Of a stretch of 64,000 nt of DNA, positions 60,883 through 64,000 are shown in pieces. Each line of letters begins with the position of its first letter. Position 1 is the first letter of the stretch. Where the stretch lies: NCBI RefSeq assembly GCF_009914755.1, contig NC_060938.1; one strand, 5' to 3'. The DNA comes from the human T2T-CHM13v2.0 reference genome, Homo sapiens. The position numbers were made by a program, and so were the translations under genes. A model generated the notes under the pieces. That model saw only the letters and a program-made list of their open reading frames with translations. It searched no databases and was not told the origin of the DNA.

Positions 60883-62607
60883 AAAACAACTAGAAATAAA
60901 AGACAGATTGCCTATCAAAAAACGACTGACAGCTAACTTCTATGTAAAAATGGACGCTACAAGGCAGTAGAAGACCATCTTTCATGTGCTCTGATAAAAT
61001 AACAATTAGAATTCTACATGTAATGAAACTATCTTTCAACAAGAGCAAAATTATCATGCAAAAGAAGTGAAAGGAATGTATCACTACCCTATCTTTACCA
61101 AAGAAATGTCTACAAAATATATTTTAGGAAGAAGAAAAATTATCTCAGGATGAAAGTTTGAGATATCAAAAGGAATGATAAATACTGTGGTAAGTGGGGC
61201 TTAATCTAAACAATCATGGACTGTATAAAGAAAAAGCAATAATATCCACTATGAGGAGTTAATAAGAACCCAAGTGACTTCTAACTACTGGAAAATAAGA
61301 GCATGCAAATTGGGAAAGGATATAAACGTCCTCTATTGTTCGGAAAAATGGTAAAGCTACTTAGTAGTTTTAGACTGGTAAGAACACTCACTGGGGCAAA
61401 AAAACAGTGTCTTAAAATAAATGTTGCTGGGAAAACTGGATATCCAGATGCAGAAGAATGGCTTCTTAAAAAGCCATTCTTCTGCATAGCTTTTTAAGTT
61501 GAAATTAATTAAAGTCATGTAGAATATTAAAATTTAGTCACCTGCATTAATAAAATTTAAAACTTATGCTCATCAAAAGATCTATTAAAGTAAAAAGAAG
61601 CCACAATTGGAAGAAGATATTTGCAGCACACACCAACAAAGCATTAGAATCATGAATATATAAAAGACTTCTAAAAATTGAGAAAACAACAAACAATGCC
61701 ATAGAAAAATGAGCAAAACCATGAACAAACATTTCATAGAAGAGAAAATATACATGACCAATAAGCATACAACAGTTGCTCAATGTCATTAATAATCATG
61801 AAAATGCAAATTAATTAAAACTACAGTGAGATATCATTTTAATTCACTAAACTGGAAAAAATTAGACTCTGACCATGCCAGGTATGCACAAGTGTGTGGA
61901 ACAAAGGGAATGCTAATCGAATGCTGGTGGAAGTGTGCATTCGCAAACCACATTGGAAAACGTTGTGGTGATGCCTATGGAAGTTGAACTCTTACATATT
62001 TATGACTTGGCATCTCCACTCCAAGGAATATATTATAGACTAGAGAAACAATTGTGCAAGTGATTGAAGACACTCATCTTAGCAGCATTGTTCGTAGCAG
62101 CAAAATTCTGGAATAATCCAGGCATGACGTTTGGCTCTAGAATGGAAAGAGAAAGCACATTATAGTCATATGGTAGAATTATACAAATGAATTAGCTATA
62201 GGCTTTAACAAGGATACAATTCAAAAACAATATTCCTGAGAATAAGCACAGGATATCTCATGATCCCAATTATGTAAAGTTTAAAATCAGGCAAAAGTAA
62301 GCATTGTATTATTTAGTGATTCATGCATATTTGGTTAAATGGTAAAAATACATACTTGAAAAGGAGGACTAACTTTTGTGGGGAAAGTAGACAACAAGAA
62401 ATGTTTAGGTGTGGAGGTACTCGGTATCAATCTCAAAGTATACTCATAATGTTTTCTTCTTTTTACTGGGTGGTGGGTACCTTTATTATTTTAGAATACA
62501 TCTTTATACTTTTACATATATGCTTATGTTGCATTTTGCAATTAAAATTTTTTCAAGAGTTTACAGTTATATAAACATATATACTATATTTACAGCCATG
62601 AAAAAAT

Positions 62608-62612
<5 letters not shown>

Positions 62613-62651
<39 letters not shown>
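62613..62651. repeat. (AT)n microsatellite, ~19 units, followed by (AC)n
   Basis: Pure atatat run. Confidence 0.95.
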
Positions 62652-62657
<6 letters not shown>

Positions 62658-63176
62658 AACACACTAGTATGTGTGTGGATGGGAGAGGGAGAAAGATTGA
62701 TTTTAAAGGAATATAAAATAAAGGTGTATCACGAGGTGGGACTAAATGAACACATTTACTTGCAGAAGATGAATTTGACTTTACTGTGCTTTTTTGGATT
62801 GTGCCGACTCATAAATCTAACTGGGCTTTTAGTAGACAGGAGACGATTGAACATTATTCCATCTTATGTATTTTCAAACAGACTGTATTATTTTGGGTGT
62901 TGTGTGTCTCACCCACACTGTCAAGATTCTGTAAACCTGCAACGTGATCCATTCGGCTGCGCTCTAGTTATTATCCAATTATCATCCATTCTGCTTATTA
63001 ACAGGCATAAACAGACAGTATTTCTGCATGGAGCTGATACCCTCCATTATGGGTCACCGGTCCCGTTCTTAAGTAGGATTGTGAAGGAAAAAAGCAGAGA
63101 ACTTCATCTTCAGTACTAATTTCTCTCACTTAATTCCTTCTGTTTTACTCTTTCTCAAGAATGGGCATTTATCCTC

Positions 63177-64000
63177 TACTGGTGAAGAAAGGGCAGAGTT
63201 GTAGGAGCCATCTACGGTAAATGCAGGCTTTCAAAGGGTGGGGGGGGACGGTAGAGATTTTAAACGTAATAATAAAACTGAACAAAATTTGATCTGCTGT
63301 ATGTTATCACTATGCAATTCTAAACAGTGTTAGCATGAAAATATTCCTCCCCTAGAAATTATTTTGTTGATCTAAGAGTACTGAATTGCTACAGTTACTT
63401 TTGCATTGTAATAATATATCTGTAAGCTTCAAATCAGCATATTATATTCTACATGGACGTTAACTCAGAGAACCAAGAGTTGCACAGGGACTGCCAGCAC
63501 ACTCAGTGACACACACACGTTTTGATCGTATAATAAGTGCCTAACAGGGTGGAACTGGGCACAGGGCATGTCTCAGACCTGTATGGTACTTTTAAAAAAA
63601 TAAGTTAAAATAAACACTGGGGCATGGTGATGGAAAAGATGAAAAAACAGAACGTAAGTTATTTCAATGTTGTCACTCGGTGTGGCCACTTGGAGTTTAT
63701 ATTTGCATTTTACTGTTGCATTTGAAAATTGTTAAAGTGAAAGTGACAAGTGCAAGACACACTCTTTTTGTTTGGTAAATATACATTTCAGTCCACACAT
63801 GAGAATAGTTATTGAATGTTAGAAGTATCTTTTAAAATGAAATGTATGTTTTTTCCTATCTTTTGGTTTTAAAAGTGAAAGAAAAAGAAATTTTAGAAAA
63901 TTTAACCTTATGTTACTTACTAGTATAATTTAGTGGTTGCCTAAATTGTACTGTTTGCATACGTTTCAGTTTTATTAAAGATCACTTATTGGCTGTTGTC
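63177..64000 (+). mobile_element. MER97-like hAT-Tip100 DNA transposon relic
   Basis: gtagagattttaaacgtaataataaaactg...caattctaaacagtgttag...tgtaagcttcaaatcagca resembles the MER97 consensus as I recall it. Confidence 0.55.

Noticed and set aside
62409-63119. Longest ORF in the track (236 aa)
   Set aside because: GTG start, begins in L1 remnants, runs through the (AT)n microsatellite (YIYIYI) and shows no recognisable domain.

Overview
This is primate genomic DNA (human or a very close great ape) from inside RGS6 (regulator of G-protein signalling 6), which is transcribed on the + strand. The only coding sequence I can support is one 100-bp internal exon at 31530-31629 ([34 protein letters not shown]), at the start of the DEP domain. 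The rest is intron. It is dense in Alu, L1, L2 and MIR repeats, ERVL/MaLR LTRs (including a full-length THE1D-like element) and small DNA transposons (MER30, MADE2, MER5, MER97). Nearly all ORFs in the supplied track are repeat-derived or random. I found no convincing novel multi-gene system. The most interesting unexplained structures are: three short, local, non-TE duplications (two look like templated repair insertions); a trimeric Alu with one TSD pair; a twin-primed inverted L1; sense THE1 LTRs with DUX4-type motifs and splice donors near the exon; an AATAAA cluster just after the exon's weak donor; and an unidentified ~1.2 kb block ending in an A-rich tail. Repeat subfamily names come from recalled consensus sequences and need RepeatMasker/Dfam confirmation.
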